A stretch of 64,000 nucleotides of DNA from the NCBI RefSeq assembly GCF_964204645.1, contig NC_134029.1:15122950-15186949 (forward strand). Reading direction: 5' to 3'. The notes under the pieces were generated by a model that saw only the letters and a list, made by a program, of their open reading frames with translations, was not told the DNA's origin and searched no databases. This DNA is from Tubulanus polymorphus. Its lineage: Eukaryota; Animalia; Nemertea. The position numbers and the translations under genes were made by a program. This document shows, piece by piece, positions 21,901 to 33,345 of this stretch. Each line of letters opens with the position of its first letter. Positions within the stretch are counted from its first letter, which is position 1.

Positions 21901-23817
21901 CTTCATTCATAGCATTATATTCTTCTATTTCTATGAATAAAAACGTTTTTCACAATAACAACAATGAGTTGCATAATTAAAATCAATTTCATCTTCTTTT
22001 GTCATAACTATTCTTTCATTTTTGTTTAATAATTTTGCAAAATCACTTTCTAATTCAATCATTTTATCACAAAAATCATTAACTACATTTTCACCTCTAA
22101 AAGAAATATATTGACTTTCATATAATTCGGGATAATTTGATTTTATATAAATTCAATAAGCAGCAGCTCTTTGATGAACTTTTTTAATTGTATTTATAAT
22201 TGGTGGGTCTTGTATTGTGTCTTCATTTAATTCATTTCCTTTATCCATTGATTTTAATAATTGCTTTTTGTTATATATTTCTTTTCTATCTTGATCAGTT
22301 AATTCTTTATTCAACGATTCAAAATCCCCATAAATTACAAATGGAACAATATTCTTAAATTTATGATTAGTAAATTTCAATTTATAATCTTTTTCTGTTG
22401 GCATTATTAATTTACAAAAATCTTTATTATCACATAATTCTTTATGTTTTAATAATGTATTCTCAGTCATAAATTTAGATAAACATTTTCTACATAGATA
22501 AATTTTACGATGATGATCACTTTCTGTTCTAAAGAATAAATCAATTTGTTTTAACCACATATAATGTTCATTTTCATCTTTTTTATAATATAACAAATCT
22601 ATAACATTTTCATCATCATAATATTCTGTTAAATATAAAGCTTCCAATGTATAATCTTTAATATTTTCACCTTTTGTCTTTGGTAATTGCATTAATTCGA
22701 ATACATTTATTTTTAAATTATTAATTTTTTCTATTTTAGGAATCATTTTTATAGTTACTGGATATTGATCAATTTTATATAATGTTTCATATTTCCGGTA
22801 ATTTGTTATTCTAAAACTATGTGTCATATCTTCTGTTGGGTGTAAGCAACTAATAATTGACCATAGAAAACATTTATTATCTTCATTTTGAACATTTATT
22901 ACTGCTTTTGTTGTAAATGGTAATTAAATATAAGATGATGCTTTAATATCCTTTTCTGTTGTAAAGTTTGAATCATTTTTAAACATTTTATTACTTTTTG
23001 ATGTTTTATTTCTTTTTGTATTATAAACATTTAAATCTAAATATATAATTTCATTCAATGTTAAGCCAGAACCCTCAAAATATCTTTCTTCAATATGACG
23101 TTTAAATTCATTAAAGATTTTTTCTAACTTCTCTTTTATTTGTGTTTTTGAAATTATTTCTTCAGAGTGTGTTTGAATATTATAATTCATTTTTTCTTCT
23201 GACTTTATAAAACTTACTTTCCCAGAGATACTAATTTTTGGATATTCAACACCTGTTATCAAATCTAGTATTTTTTCTATTATTTCATTAAATTTACTAT
23301 AATCTTCTATTGTTGTACCTTTAAAAAATCTAAATATAATAGCTGCAGGACCAATTTTACTATGTAATGTTTCTAAAATTTCAATTGTATCTTTTATTTC
23401 TAGTGAATCAATATAATTTCTAACATTTTCCATGTAAGGTTTATTTGAAATGGATTTAGTTTTTGAAGTTGATTTTTTTACTTGTTGAGGTTTATTATCA
23501 AAATATTCTGATCCTAAAACATTTTTATTTAAATTTTTATAATGTTTTTGTGATTCGAGATGTCTATTATAATTCCTTTTTACTATAAATTCATTACAAA
23601 CTTCACATTTTATTTCATCCACATTCATATTTTCTAATCGTTCTTTTCTTTCATTGGAATTTTCTGGAGTTTCAAAATCTATTACATCTTTTATATGATT
23701 TGCAGATTTTTCATGTCGTGATTTTTGGGATTTATCGATGTATTTTTTACAATATTGACAATAATATTGATTTTTATTAACATTATTGTTTTCTGGTTGG
23801 TGTTCATTTCCTCCCAT
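18927..23817 (-). pseudogene. polB: Protein-primed family B DNA polymerase (pPolB) with N-terminal zinc fingers, containing an intein
   Basis: YGDFES (ExoI), RFLDS, YLKSDV (ExoIII), SIRGG, YIDANNLYG (motif A), KLMNNSFYGK (motif B), YFD|TDT (motif C), KMYS, KLKG; several stops, frameshifts and a deletion. Confidence 0.95.
19384..20449 (-). mobile_element. Intein with LAGLIDADG homing endonuclease in PolB motif C (~355 aa, one frameshift at ~20030)
   Basis: N-terminus SVTADTPILL, block B VDVTEDHSL, LAGLIDADG blocks FIKGFFMGDGS and FFIGFYAADGT, block F/G YVYDLSTEDGTFNCG...IAKN followed by Thr; removal restores ILYFDTDT. Confidence 0.93.
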
Positions 23818-23897
23818 TTATAAGGAAAAAAAATTACTTGTGGTGATGAGTGGTCGACCTTCGACCTCTGGTATGAAACCCACATCTTCCAATTACT
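23811..23897 (-). repeat. Right TIR of element A
   Basis: Perfect inverted copy of 6708-6794; contains the pPolB start codon. Confidence 0.95.
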
Positions 23898-24671
23898 CAC
23901 TAGTTTTTTTGTGCTCTCAGTGTCGAGATGTTTCCTTATACGGCTAATCTGATATAAGCTACCGAAAGCGGCTTTGCATGACGCTTTTATATGCGCATCC
24001 ATTGTCATTCCACGATCAAGCAAAACACCCACGTCTTTTACACATTCAGAAACCTGAATTAATGTTCCATCGACGTTAACATCATGTATGATACCAGATC
24101 TTCTGGTTGAGACGAAGGTAGCAGCCTATATCTTTACAGCATTTAGAGCTAGCTTGTTTGCAGTCAGCCACGACCTGATATCAACAATACACGTTTGAAC
24201 ATTATCAACCATAGCCTTGGTAGCTCGAGATCACCAAGTGGTACAAAGTCCATAACCTGGTTTTCATCTACAAAAAGCTCATACGGCATGTTATTTTTCA
24301 ACATGATATCAATAAGGGGAATTGTATACAATGTGAATAATACAGGGCCAAGTACAGACCCTTGAGGAACACCATATGCTAAAGGGGTTGGGGTAGACTG
24401 TTCTCCTTTAACACAAACTCCTCCCGTGTAGATAAGATCTAAATTAAGACAAAGCACATTCACATATTCCCATTCGCGCATGAAGTCTTTGTAATAGAAT
24501 CTGATGGTCAAAAGTATCGAATGCAGCCGATAATTCTAAAAGGACCAACAAAGCCTCATGACCATTATCTAATGCTGACAGTATAAAGTCAGAAACTTTA
24601 AGAAGGGAAGTTTCAGTGCTATGCCCACAGCGATGGGCTGATTGATGCTGATTGATGGAATAGTGACCCAC
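23898..24671 (-). mobile_element. 5' part of the LINE interrupted by element A (RT fragment)
   Basis: [25 protein letters not shown]; removing A and one TSD copy restores STKKLV-HALVMSRIDY. Confidence 0.92.
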
Positions 24672-25882
24672 AGAATGAACCGTATACTGAGACTAAAATC
24701 AGCAGTTAGAATAACAGCAACGCCCAATCTTTATGAAATTGCTTGAACATTAAAACATCTGTCACATAATTGCACACGTAAAATTTCATTATAAACGAAC
24801 ACCCGTCGCCGACGCGGCAAACGTACAGAAATAATCAATTTGCTCGAACATGTGTCACGCTGGCAGTTAGAAATGAGCACGCATATACACAAGACACATA
24901 GATATCTCCCTCTCGAAATACAATTCGGAGTTACAGTTTGCGAGTTAAGTGTAAGAACTGTTATTTGTTGCTATTATGAAGTAGGGAAAGTGGGCTACTA
25001 AATATGAAACCTTTAAATATACTTAAGTGCAGTAATTCATATTTAACAACAACGCTGTGACTTTGGAGTACTCCGAGCTGTAATAAAGTGAGATACGGGC
25101 CACTTCTCAAACTCACAAGCAATGATTTTACTGGTGATAAATTTTAGCATAAACCTGGTTCAACTTCAAGTTAATTATATTCTACGCAAGATATCATTTA
25201 GATAACAAAATGCTATACGTAACAAGAAGACAATTGCCATTTATGGATGTTTCATCTCAAGAGACTGTAGCTGTTTTGTTGTACTGTATAGATTTTCAAT
25301 GTATGATATTTTGCCCGAATTGCAGTTTCTATTACTTTCGATGTTCGGTCGTTGTTAATGGTAACAGCAATAGCTGTTGTATTATACCATATTGATTTCA
25401 ACAATCCACGCATACCTTACCGGGCTTCGCATGAGCGGCTTGGAATGTTGAAATCAATACAATTTGCATAATAAATATATGTGTTTATCATATCAACTGG
25501 TGTTTTTGATAAATTAATTTTCAGTTTGAGGATGTAATATCAAGGATACGAAATGACTTATGTGGACAATTTAATTGCTCCTAATAGATAAACAAAAGTA
25601 GTGAGATCCTTATCTAATAGAAAGTATTAAAAATTACATATCTTTAACTAGCTATTGAATTCTATTATATTTTTTTTATATATTCTTAATCAATTCTAAT
25701 TAACACTAGATTAAATAGATATTGATAAGAATTGAATAAAAATTACATAACTTCAAATAGATATTCAAATCTAGTTAATACTAGAATTTTTTAACTTTAA
25801 CTAAATAGTATTAACCCAAAGAGTTACTAGTATCATTTGAAGAATAATTATAATATTTTTTTTCACTTTTTTTCTAAAATGA

Positions 25883-26467
25883 ATGTCTAAAAAATCTAGT
25901 AAGAATAATATTGATATTGAAAAGACATTACATGATTTAGGTATTACTGAAAATAATGATAATGTAGCAACTAATTGTATTCAAAATAATAATATTGATA
26001 TTGAATACTACTTATATTGTAAGCACCAACTTGAGTTACTAGTTGCTAGTGGCAAATGTAAAGAATTCTTAAATAGAATTATAACTTTTCAAGAATTACA
26101 TGATATGAAATCAGAAAAAGTAATCAGATATTTTAAAATATATGAAGAAGCAAGGTTAGCTCGAATAAGCGATTCTATTAGTGACGGTATTATAAAATGT
26201 TATTCTAAATTATGTAATCGGATAATACCAATTGATGATGAAAATAAATTATATAGTGATTTAAAAAATGATTACTAAGTTATGACAGAACTGCAAAAAT
26301 GGGTTGGATATGCTTCATTTCAATTAGGTGGAATAATGACATTAATTTCTACTGGAGTTATAACATTTTCTAATATCAAACCTATAGTATATAAGTCAGA
26401 TAATATCGAAACAGATATCGAAACAGATATTAGTTCAGAACAAAAATTAAGTAAAATAAATAAGTGA
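25883..26467 (+). pseudogene. Element B homologue of the 202-aa protein
   Basis: EYYLYCKHQLE..ASGKCK...SDLKNDY*VMTEL...FQLGG. Confidence 0.8.
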
Positions 26468-26732
26468 TGATATTCAGAAAAAGCTTTGATCTGAAAAACA
26501 AATTAAATGGGCAAGGGAATTAGATAAAAGATCTGAGTTAAAACGAGCTAAGAAAAAGAAATTAACTGATATAAATGAATCACAGAAATTATCCGTTATT
26601 AATTCGAATGATAATCCATCTAATTCTTCTAATACTGGAAGAAATAATAACTTATATATTACAATTGGATTAATCACAGTAATTATATTTTCTGGTGTTT
26701 TATATAAATTCAAATTTAATAATAATGATAAG

Positions 26733-27020
26733 TAACGAGACGAGTAGTACTGTATAGGTTAACCATTTATTTGACGTACGAGCTTTCGCATCTAATGAAT
26801 AGAAGCTTCATCAGGTGAATGAGTATAGTCAATGGAAAAACAACAGTACTTATAGGTAGACTGACACTAATTACAGAGAACTGAGTGAGAAGAGTAATTA
26901 CAAATAAATTATTGTAATGATTATTATTTATTAATAATAATAATTCTTTTCACTCAGTTCTCTGTAATTAGTGTGAGTCTACCTATAAATACTGTTGTTT
27001 TTCCATTGACTATACTCATT
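26733..27020 (-). mobile_element. Penelope-like pLTR fragment with internal inverted repeat and hammerhead
   Basis: Inverted repeat 26818-26900/26940-27020; minus strand CCTGATGAAGC...GCGAAAGCTC. Confidence 0.6.
26776..26817 (-). ncRNA. Minimal hammerhead ribozyme
   Basis: CUGAUGA-agc-uucua-uucau-uaga-ugc-GAAA-GCUC core on the minus strand. Confidence 0.65.
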
Positions 27021-27902
27021 ATCATAAAGATAATTTTATGAAAATTGCATTAGATATTTATAAAGGAATAAATACATTATTATTCAAATAATACGTATTC
27101 TAAATAGACTCCTTTTATAATAAATATTATTTATACAATATATTTAACATTTTCAACCAATATATTTTTAATTTATCAACTAATATATAAATAAGTTTGA
27201 AAATAATAAAGGTTATAAATTATAATTGAAACTTCAATATAAATTCTTGAAATAAAATTATAATTTAGGTTATTTTAGTTAATACGTATTAGATACATTA
27301 ATACTTAAAACCCCCTTTTTTATAAACTATTATTTTATACAATTTTCAACCAATATATTTCTTATGGAAGTAATTAAATATAGTATTTAAAACATAAAAT
27401 AAACATCATCATACTCGGTATCGCTATTAGTTTTGTTTTTTTCATTAGACTCTAAAAGTTGATCTATCCCATATAAACTATTATTAGGAAAATGTTTTAT
27501 TTTATTAATACCAGTAACTTTATCTTCTATTTTCAATTTCTTAGTACCTTCATTATCATGATCAATATGCTTACCTGTAACTATGTTTTCCTTGCCCTCT
27601 TTCTTAGTGTTTGACACTAATATTTTATTTACAATGTTTGACACTAATAATTTATTCGCATCAGTTAAATCTATTTCAGCTTTACTGAGTTCAGGTTCCT
27701 TAAGTAAAAAATCATCTAATAAATCTTTATATAAATCTTTACCATTTTTTTAATTTGAAGCAAACTTTGTAACATATCTATGTGGATGTTCTATAAATTC
27801 TCTGATACCAACATGTTTTATAACATTAGCAATAGCCGAATAACCATAGAAGCGATAACATTAAAAACCTCATTTTCTAATGAGTAACTACAGTTTATTA
27901 AC

Positions 27903-27938
27903 ACGAACGTTTTCGGGATCATATCCCTTCATCAGGTG
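27903..27938 (-). ncRNA. Hammerhead ribozyme in the inverted Penelope arm
   Basis: CUGAUGA-AGGGAUAUGAUCCC-GAAAACGUUC on the minus strand. Confidence 0.7.
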
Positions 27939-28545
27939 AAATACAAGTGAATCAAATGATTAAACTACAGGTTTATATACAACATAAGTTACAAAATTAC
28001 AAGTGCTAAATTCTAAGCTAATTACAAACCAAGTATTTAATTACAAACTAATTATTTGAATACATTTAGGATAAAGGATGAGCCGTTTTGAAATAATTGT
28101 TGATTTAAAGAGGGTCGTTGCGCTTTAATAAACAGGGCCTCCCTAATTTTACAGTCGAGATCAGATGAACCTTTGTCTAGAATTTTGAATTTGTTGTTAC
28201 TGAATTCCTGATCACAAGTGTGACAAATTGCGAGAATGTGTCCAATCGCAGAAGTCTTTGATCTGTGTTCCTTAATCCTGATGGCCAAATGTCGTTTAGT
28301 TTTCCCAATATAGGAAGTGTTTATATCACATAAACAATTAAATTTATATATGACTTTAGCCTTCAGCGATTTAGGGGTAGCACATTTCAAAGAGAAAAAA
28401 TTCTTAATTTTGGTCGTAGTGAATGCACATTTCAAGTTGATTTCAAAATTCCTTTTAAATAGATATTTTAATTTTCGGGCAAATAGGATTGACGGGTTAC
28501 CAATATACGGTAATGAAATGAATAGATCATATACCGTCTAAATTC

Positions 28546-29838
28546 GTGTTAAATAGCACTTGGGAGTTCCTTAAAAAACTGAAACAATTCGTTTTTAAAC
28601 CTTCTGATATTCTAATAAGTTTTGATGTAGAGTCACTTTTCACTAATGTTCCATTGAAAGAAACCATTGATATAGTTTCCGATTATATATATGCTTCCGA
28701 CTCTAAACCTACATATGATCAGGCTACATTCAAAGAATTACTTAAAATCGCAACTTCGGGTTTGTTTATGTACAATGATCGTATTTTCAAGCAAGTTGAT
28801 GGGGTCACCATGGGCAGCCCCTTAGGCCCAACCTTAGCGAACTTTTGTCTTGCCCATTTTGAAAACTTGCTCCTCTCCAAAACTAATTACAAACCGACAT
28901 TATACCTGAGATACGTGAACGATATTTTCGGCATATTTCGAAATGTATCCAGTTATAGACTATTTTTTGAAGAATTGAATCGCCTCCATTCTAACCTTAA
29001 ATTCACTTTTGAACTAGGTCCTAATCTATTACCTTTTCTCGATACCGAAATACAAATTCCGTTAGAAACCGGTAGTGACTTTATATCTCGAGTGTACAGG
29101 AAAGCTTCCAACACAGGCCTACTTTTGAACTTCAACGCCATGTGTCCGTATAAATGGAAAATAGGACTCATCAATACCATGCTTTTTCGTGCCTACAATA
29201 TTTGCAGTGATTGGACCATCTTGTCAGAAGAAATCAATTTCTTGAAAAATCTGTTTAAATCTAATGCGTTTCCTATTCATGTCATCGATCAATGTATTAA
29301 TAGATTTTTGAAATCAAAACAGAACTCAGAACCTCAACCGAAACCTGTTGAAGATGGAATTGATCTATTCATTTCATTACCGTATATTGGTAACCCGTCA
29401 GTCCTATTTGCCCGAAAATTAAAATATCTATTTAAAAGGAATTTTGAAATCAACTTGAAATGTGCATTCACTACGACCAAAATTAAGAATTTTTTCTCTT
29501 TGAAATGTGCTACCCCTAAATCGCTGAAGGCTAAAGTCATATATAAATTTAATTGTTTATGTGATATAAACACTTCCTATATTGGGAAAACTAAACGACA
29601 TTTGGCCATCAGGATTAAGGAACACAGATCAAAGACTTCTGCGATTGGACAACATCTCGCAATTTGTCACACTTGTGATCAGGAATTCAGTAACAACAAA
29701 TTCAAAATTCTAGACAAAGGTTCATCTGATCTCGACTGTAAAATTAGGGAGGCCCTGTTTATTAAAGCGCAACGACCCTCTTTAAATCAACAATTATTTC
29801 AAAACGGCTCATCCTTTATCCTAAATGTATTCAAATAA
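28546..29838 (+). CDS. Penelope RT-GIY-YIG endonuclease (5'-truncated)
   Basis: SFDVESLFTNVP, GVTMGSPLGP, YLRYVND, VIY...YIGKT.R.L..R..EH, E..FI...PSLN. Confidence 0.92.
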   Translation: MLNSTWEFLKKLKQFVFKPSDILISFDVESLFTNVPLKETIDIVSDYIYASDSKPTYDQATFKELLKIATSGLFMYNDRIFKQVDGVTMGSPLGPTLANFCLAHFENLLLSKTNYKPTLYLRYVNDIFGIFRNVSSYRLFFEELNRLHSNLKFTFELGPNLLPFLDTEIQIPLETGSDFISRVYRKASNTGLLLNFNAMCPYKWKIGLINTMLFRAYNICSDWTILSEEINFLKNLFKSNAFPIHVIDQCINRFLKSKQNSEPQPKPVEDGIDLFISLPYIGNPSVLFARKLKYLFKRNFEINLKCAFTTTKIKNFFSLKCATPKSLKAKVIYKFNCLCDINTSYIGKTKRHLAIRIKEHRSKTSAIGQHLAICHTCDQEFSNNKFKILDKGSSDLDCKIREALFIKAQRPSLNQQLFQNGSSFILNVFK

Positions 29839-29951
29839 TTAGTTTGTAATTAAATACTTGGTCTGTAATTAGCTTAGAATTTAGCACTTGTAATTTTGTA
29901 ACTTATGTTGTATATAAACCTGTAGTTTAATCATTTGATTCACTTGTATTT

Positions 29952-29988
29952 CACCTGATGAGGGGATATGATCCCGAAAACGTTCGTG
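29952..29988 (+). ncRNA. Hammerhead ribozyme of the Penelope pLTR
   Basis: cac-CUGAUGA-gGGGA-uauga-UCCC-GAAAACGUUC-gug; palindromic helix III as in minimal PLE hammerheads. Confidence 0.72.
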
Positions 29989-30535
29989 TTAATAAACTGT
30001 AGTTACTCATTAGAAAATGAGGTTTTTAATGTTATCGCCTCTATGGTTATTCGGATATTTGAACTCTCTTCCTAAGATCCATTAGCAATAGGTCTATTTG
30101 TAATCATATGATTATACCAATTTGTTTGAAAGTTTGAAAATTCACCATTACAATAACCACAATAATTTCTATTTTCACTATAATTTAATATTATTTCATT
30201 ATTAGGTGTAGAAGGTATAACATTGTTAGATGTAGAAGGTGGAAAATTATTATCAATTTCATTACTTAAATAATCAATAACACCACTTTTATTATTTTCG
30301 GTTTCAATTAGATTATTATCTGTTATATTATCGATTTCTATTAGTTTAGTTTTATAATATTTAAAAATAGGATCAAATATCAAAGCTATATAACAAGGTA
30401 TTAAATAATACAGACCATCATTATTTTCATGTTTATCATTGTATGGAATATGTTTATATACTTTACCTTCATCCATTTATTATAAAAATTTTTTTTAAAG
30501 ATTATTTTATTAATTCATTTTATTAATACATTTTA

Positions 30536-31464
30536 TTAATAGATAACACTATCTAATTGAGAATTTATAATATTTAATCGCACGTCAGATATGATAAAAA
30601 TATGCATTTCATAATTTAAAACTCCTTTTTCTTTTTCATGAATAAATGTATGCCATCTTTTGTATTTTGTATTTTGTTTCCAGAACCATGTAATAAGTTA
30701 TCTTCAGTTGTTCTAAAATCTAACCATAATGCATATTTATTGCCAGTATAATCATCAATTTGATTAATATTATAATCTTCAGATTTATTTTTCAGTTTAT
30801 TTTTTTTCAATCATAAAATGTTTTTTAATTTCTACCCATTGATCTATCATTCTCATTCCTTGGCAAAATATTTTATTTGCAATACCTTCAATTGTTATTT
30901 CTACTTTTGAAATTTCAGGTTATTATAATAATTATCATCTTTTATTGCGCCAATAGAATATGTAGCAATGGTAAAAAGTATTAATATACCTTTAATAGAT
31001 CTTCTTTGGAAGTTAATATTCTCATTAATTATTTCATCATTTGCATTAATAGTTACAGTTTTAAATTTATCAATATAATCATATAATAATGAGAATCCTC
31101 GATTGTATTTTGTTTGAATTGTGTTAGAATGTTTGAATGTCTTTATAATGCGTGAATAAATTATAATCATCTAAAGAAAAAACTGTTTCTGGTCCAATCT
31201 TTATAATTAATTTTTTAATTAAATATCTTCCAACATTATCCACGACATAATTATTATTATTACCAGTTACTTTTATATCAGCTGATAAATGAATACTATT
31301 TGGAACATAAAAAGTATTTTGTGTTAATCGAAGAATTCTAACATATAAAGTTTCATCAGGATTAATATTAGACGGATTATGAGTAATTATATGCTGAGAT
31401 CTCTTTGCGTTGATGCATTAGATATTTTAGAATTCTTAGAAGGATTTATATATCTCCCACTCAT
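30536..31464 (-). pseudogene. Element B major capsid protein (internal deletion, frameshifts)
   Basis: YALWLDFRTTEDNLLHGSG, GFSLLYDYIDKFKTV matches to the A MCP. Confidence 0.85.
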
Positions 31465-31482
31465 TTGTTTAAGAAAAAAAAT

Positions 31483-32007
31483 TACTTATTTATTTTTTAT
31501 CACGTTTACTAATCCAAAAATAATTGCACTTACAACTGTAATTAAAAACAAAATTATATGTTCAGCAGCAAAACTAATAATATTTCCAGCAGATTTTTAA
31601 ACAAAACTAACCGTTGATGCAATAATGCTGCAGCAGATTTTTTTAGATAATTCCCATAAATATTTTGCTAATTTTTTGACACCATCTTTAACTTTATCTT
31701 GTAGAGAATTATTATCATTTGGTAGTTTATCCGGTTTATTTGGAGTAGGCGTAGATTTTAAAGAATTCGATATAGCTAGACCTATTGTTGTAAATATCAT
31801 AGTTACAGCTGTTAGAATTGAATGAATTGTGATATCTTCTAATTTAAATAATAATTTTATTCCATCTTTTAATGATATTTCAGAATTTAATTTTATCAAC
31901 ACATCTTTAAAAATAACTTTTAATCTAATAATATTATAATCATATAATTTTAATAATAATTTAATTTCTTCTGTCTGTAATTCTATGTTATATTTTAAAT
32001 CATCAAC
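31483..32007 (-). pseudogene. C-terminal part of the coiled-coil/TM protein of element B
   Basis: ILTAVTMIFTTIGLAISNSLKSTPTPNKPDK homology to 12481-12900. Confidence 0.75.
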
Positions 32008-33345
32008 AGTACAAATCTCATTTTCTAATGAGTGAATATATATTTATTATAGCGAACGTTTTCGGGAGTTACATTATCCCCTCTTCAGGCATAGCGCAAG
32101 TGATTAAATTTACATCATACTGGTATCTATATAGAATAAGACGAAGCTAATTATAAACAATTTATAATTACTGAGTGACAAGATAATTATAATACAAAGA
32201 TAATTAATTACACACAAGCTAAATTACTGAGTGAAGATATTTGACTAGTAGTTAATTATCTAAAAACATTGAGAATGAATCCTGACCCGTGTTCGAATGG
32301 TTGTTGATTAAGGGAGGGCTGTTGAGTTTTGATAAAAAGTGCTTCTCTCATTTCGCAATCTAAACCAGAGGAACCTTTATCTAAAATTTTGATATTCTTT
32401 TCGCTGAACGAGACCTGACAGTCACGGCAATTTGACAGATGTTGGCCAATTGCTGAAGGTTGTGCTCCTTAACTCTTGTTACTAGGTGTATTTTTGTTTT
32501 ACCTATATAGGCAGTGTTTATATCACATAAACAAGTGTACTTGTAGACAACCATAGCTTTCAAGGATTTAGGAGTCGGACACTTAAGTGAAAAGAAATTC
32601 TTAATCTTAGTGGTTACGAACGAGCATTGAAGGTCTATTTCGAAATTCGACTTAAACAGTTTCTTTAATTTTTGAGCATATAGAATAGACGGGAAACCCA
32701 CATACGGTATGGAAATGAAAAGAGAAACTTTATTCTCATCGAAGGTTTTGGGCTGGGTAACAAATTTAGAGTCGAGAAACTTTTTAACACAGTGATCAAA
32801 AACATGGCTAGGATAACCATTAAGTTTGAATAATTTCTTTAGAAAATCAAATTCTTCCGAAAGAATGTTCCAATTGCTGCACATATTGTATGCACGAAAA
32901 AGCATCGTGTTGATAAGACCAGTGTTATCCATTTGTAAGGACAAATTGCATTAAATTTCAAAAGTTATCCAGTATTAGAAGCTTTTCAATAGATGCGTGA
33001 GATGAAATTAGTACTACCAGTGTCAGTCGATGCTTGAATGGGAGTATCTAAAAGGGTAAAATGTTCGGGCCAAGTTCAAAAGTGAATTTCAGAGTGGGAT
33101 GCATAGTATTTAATGCATCAAAAAATGAATAGTAGTTAGAGTTGATTCGAAAAATACAGAAAATGTCATCAACATATCTCAGGTACAATGTGGCTTTGAA
33201 TTTGCAATCAGTCAATAGTAAATTCTCAATATGTGCCAGACAGAAGTTAGCTTAAGTAGGGCCTGATGGGCTGCCCATGGTTACACCATCAACTTGTTTA
33301 AAAAGACGTTTGTTATACATAAACATTCCAGATGAAACCGAAAGC
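32008..33345 (-). mobile_element. Second Penelope-like element (decayed) at the site of a large deletion in element B
   Basis: GVTMGSP, YLRYVDDIF, YIGKT; hammerhead CUGAAGA-GGGGA..UCCC-GAAAACGUUC at ~32052-32090. Confidence 0.85.

Larger units (their letters stand above)
6708..23897 (-). mobile_element. Polinton/Maverick (polintovirus) element A, full length 17,190 bp, several genes disrupted
   Basis: AGT...ACT termini, identical 87-bp TIRs, 6-bp TSD CACTAG (6702-6707, 23898-23903), pPolB, integrase, ATPase, MCP, penton. Confidence 0.97.
27836..30054 (+). mobile_element. Penelope-like element, 5'-truncated, with inverted 694-bp duplication of its 3' end
   Basis: 27836-28529 is the reverse complement of 29361-30054; RT + GIY-YIG ORF. 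Confidence 0.93.
27387..30476 (-). pseudogene. Element B-specific accessory gene split by a Penelope insertion
   Basis: TAAATG start at 30476, CGYC..H zinc-finger-like motif, C-terminus EYDDVYFMF like the A zinc-finger protein end EYDDIDFMF; halves at 30055-30476 and 27387-27835. Confidence 0.5.

Noticed and set aside
9824-22155. TGA recoding (alternative genetic code) in element A
   Set aside because: TGA at 9824 aligns to Leu (TTA) and TGA at 22153 to Gly (GGA) in element C; TAA and TAG stops also occur, so these are ordinary mutations
23691-24032. 113-aa LINE-Polinton fusion ORF
   Set aside because: Chance read-through of the LINE frame across the TIR, out of frame with PolB
25391-25458. 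Hairpin ATTGATTTCAACA...TGTTGAAATCAAT as the left end of element B
   Set aside because: No similarity to the AGTAAT terminus and no CCCTCA TSD; more likely a MITE remnant
28052-28435. Stand-alone GIY-YIG gene of the Polinton
   Set aside because: It is the inverted duplicate of the Penelope 3' end
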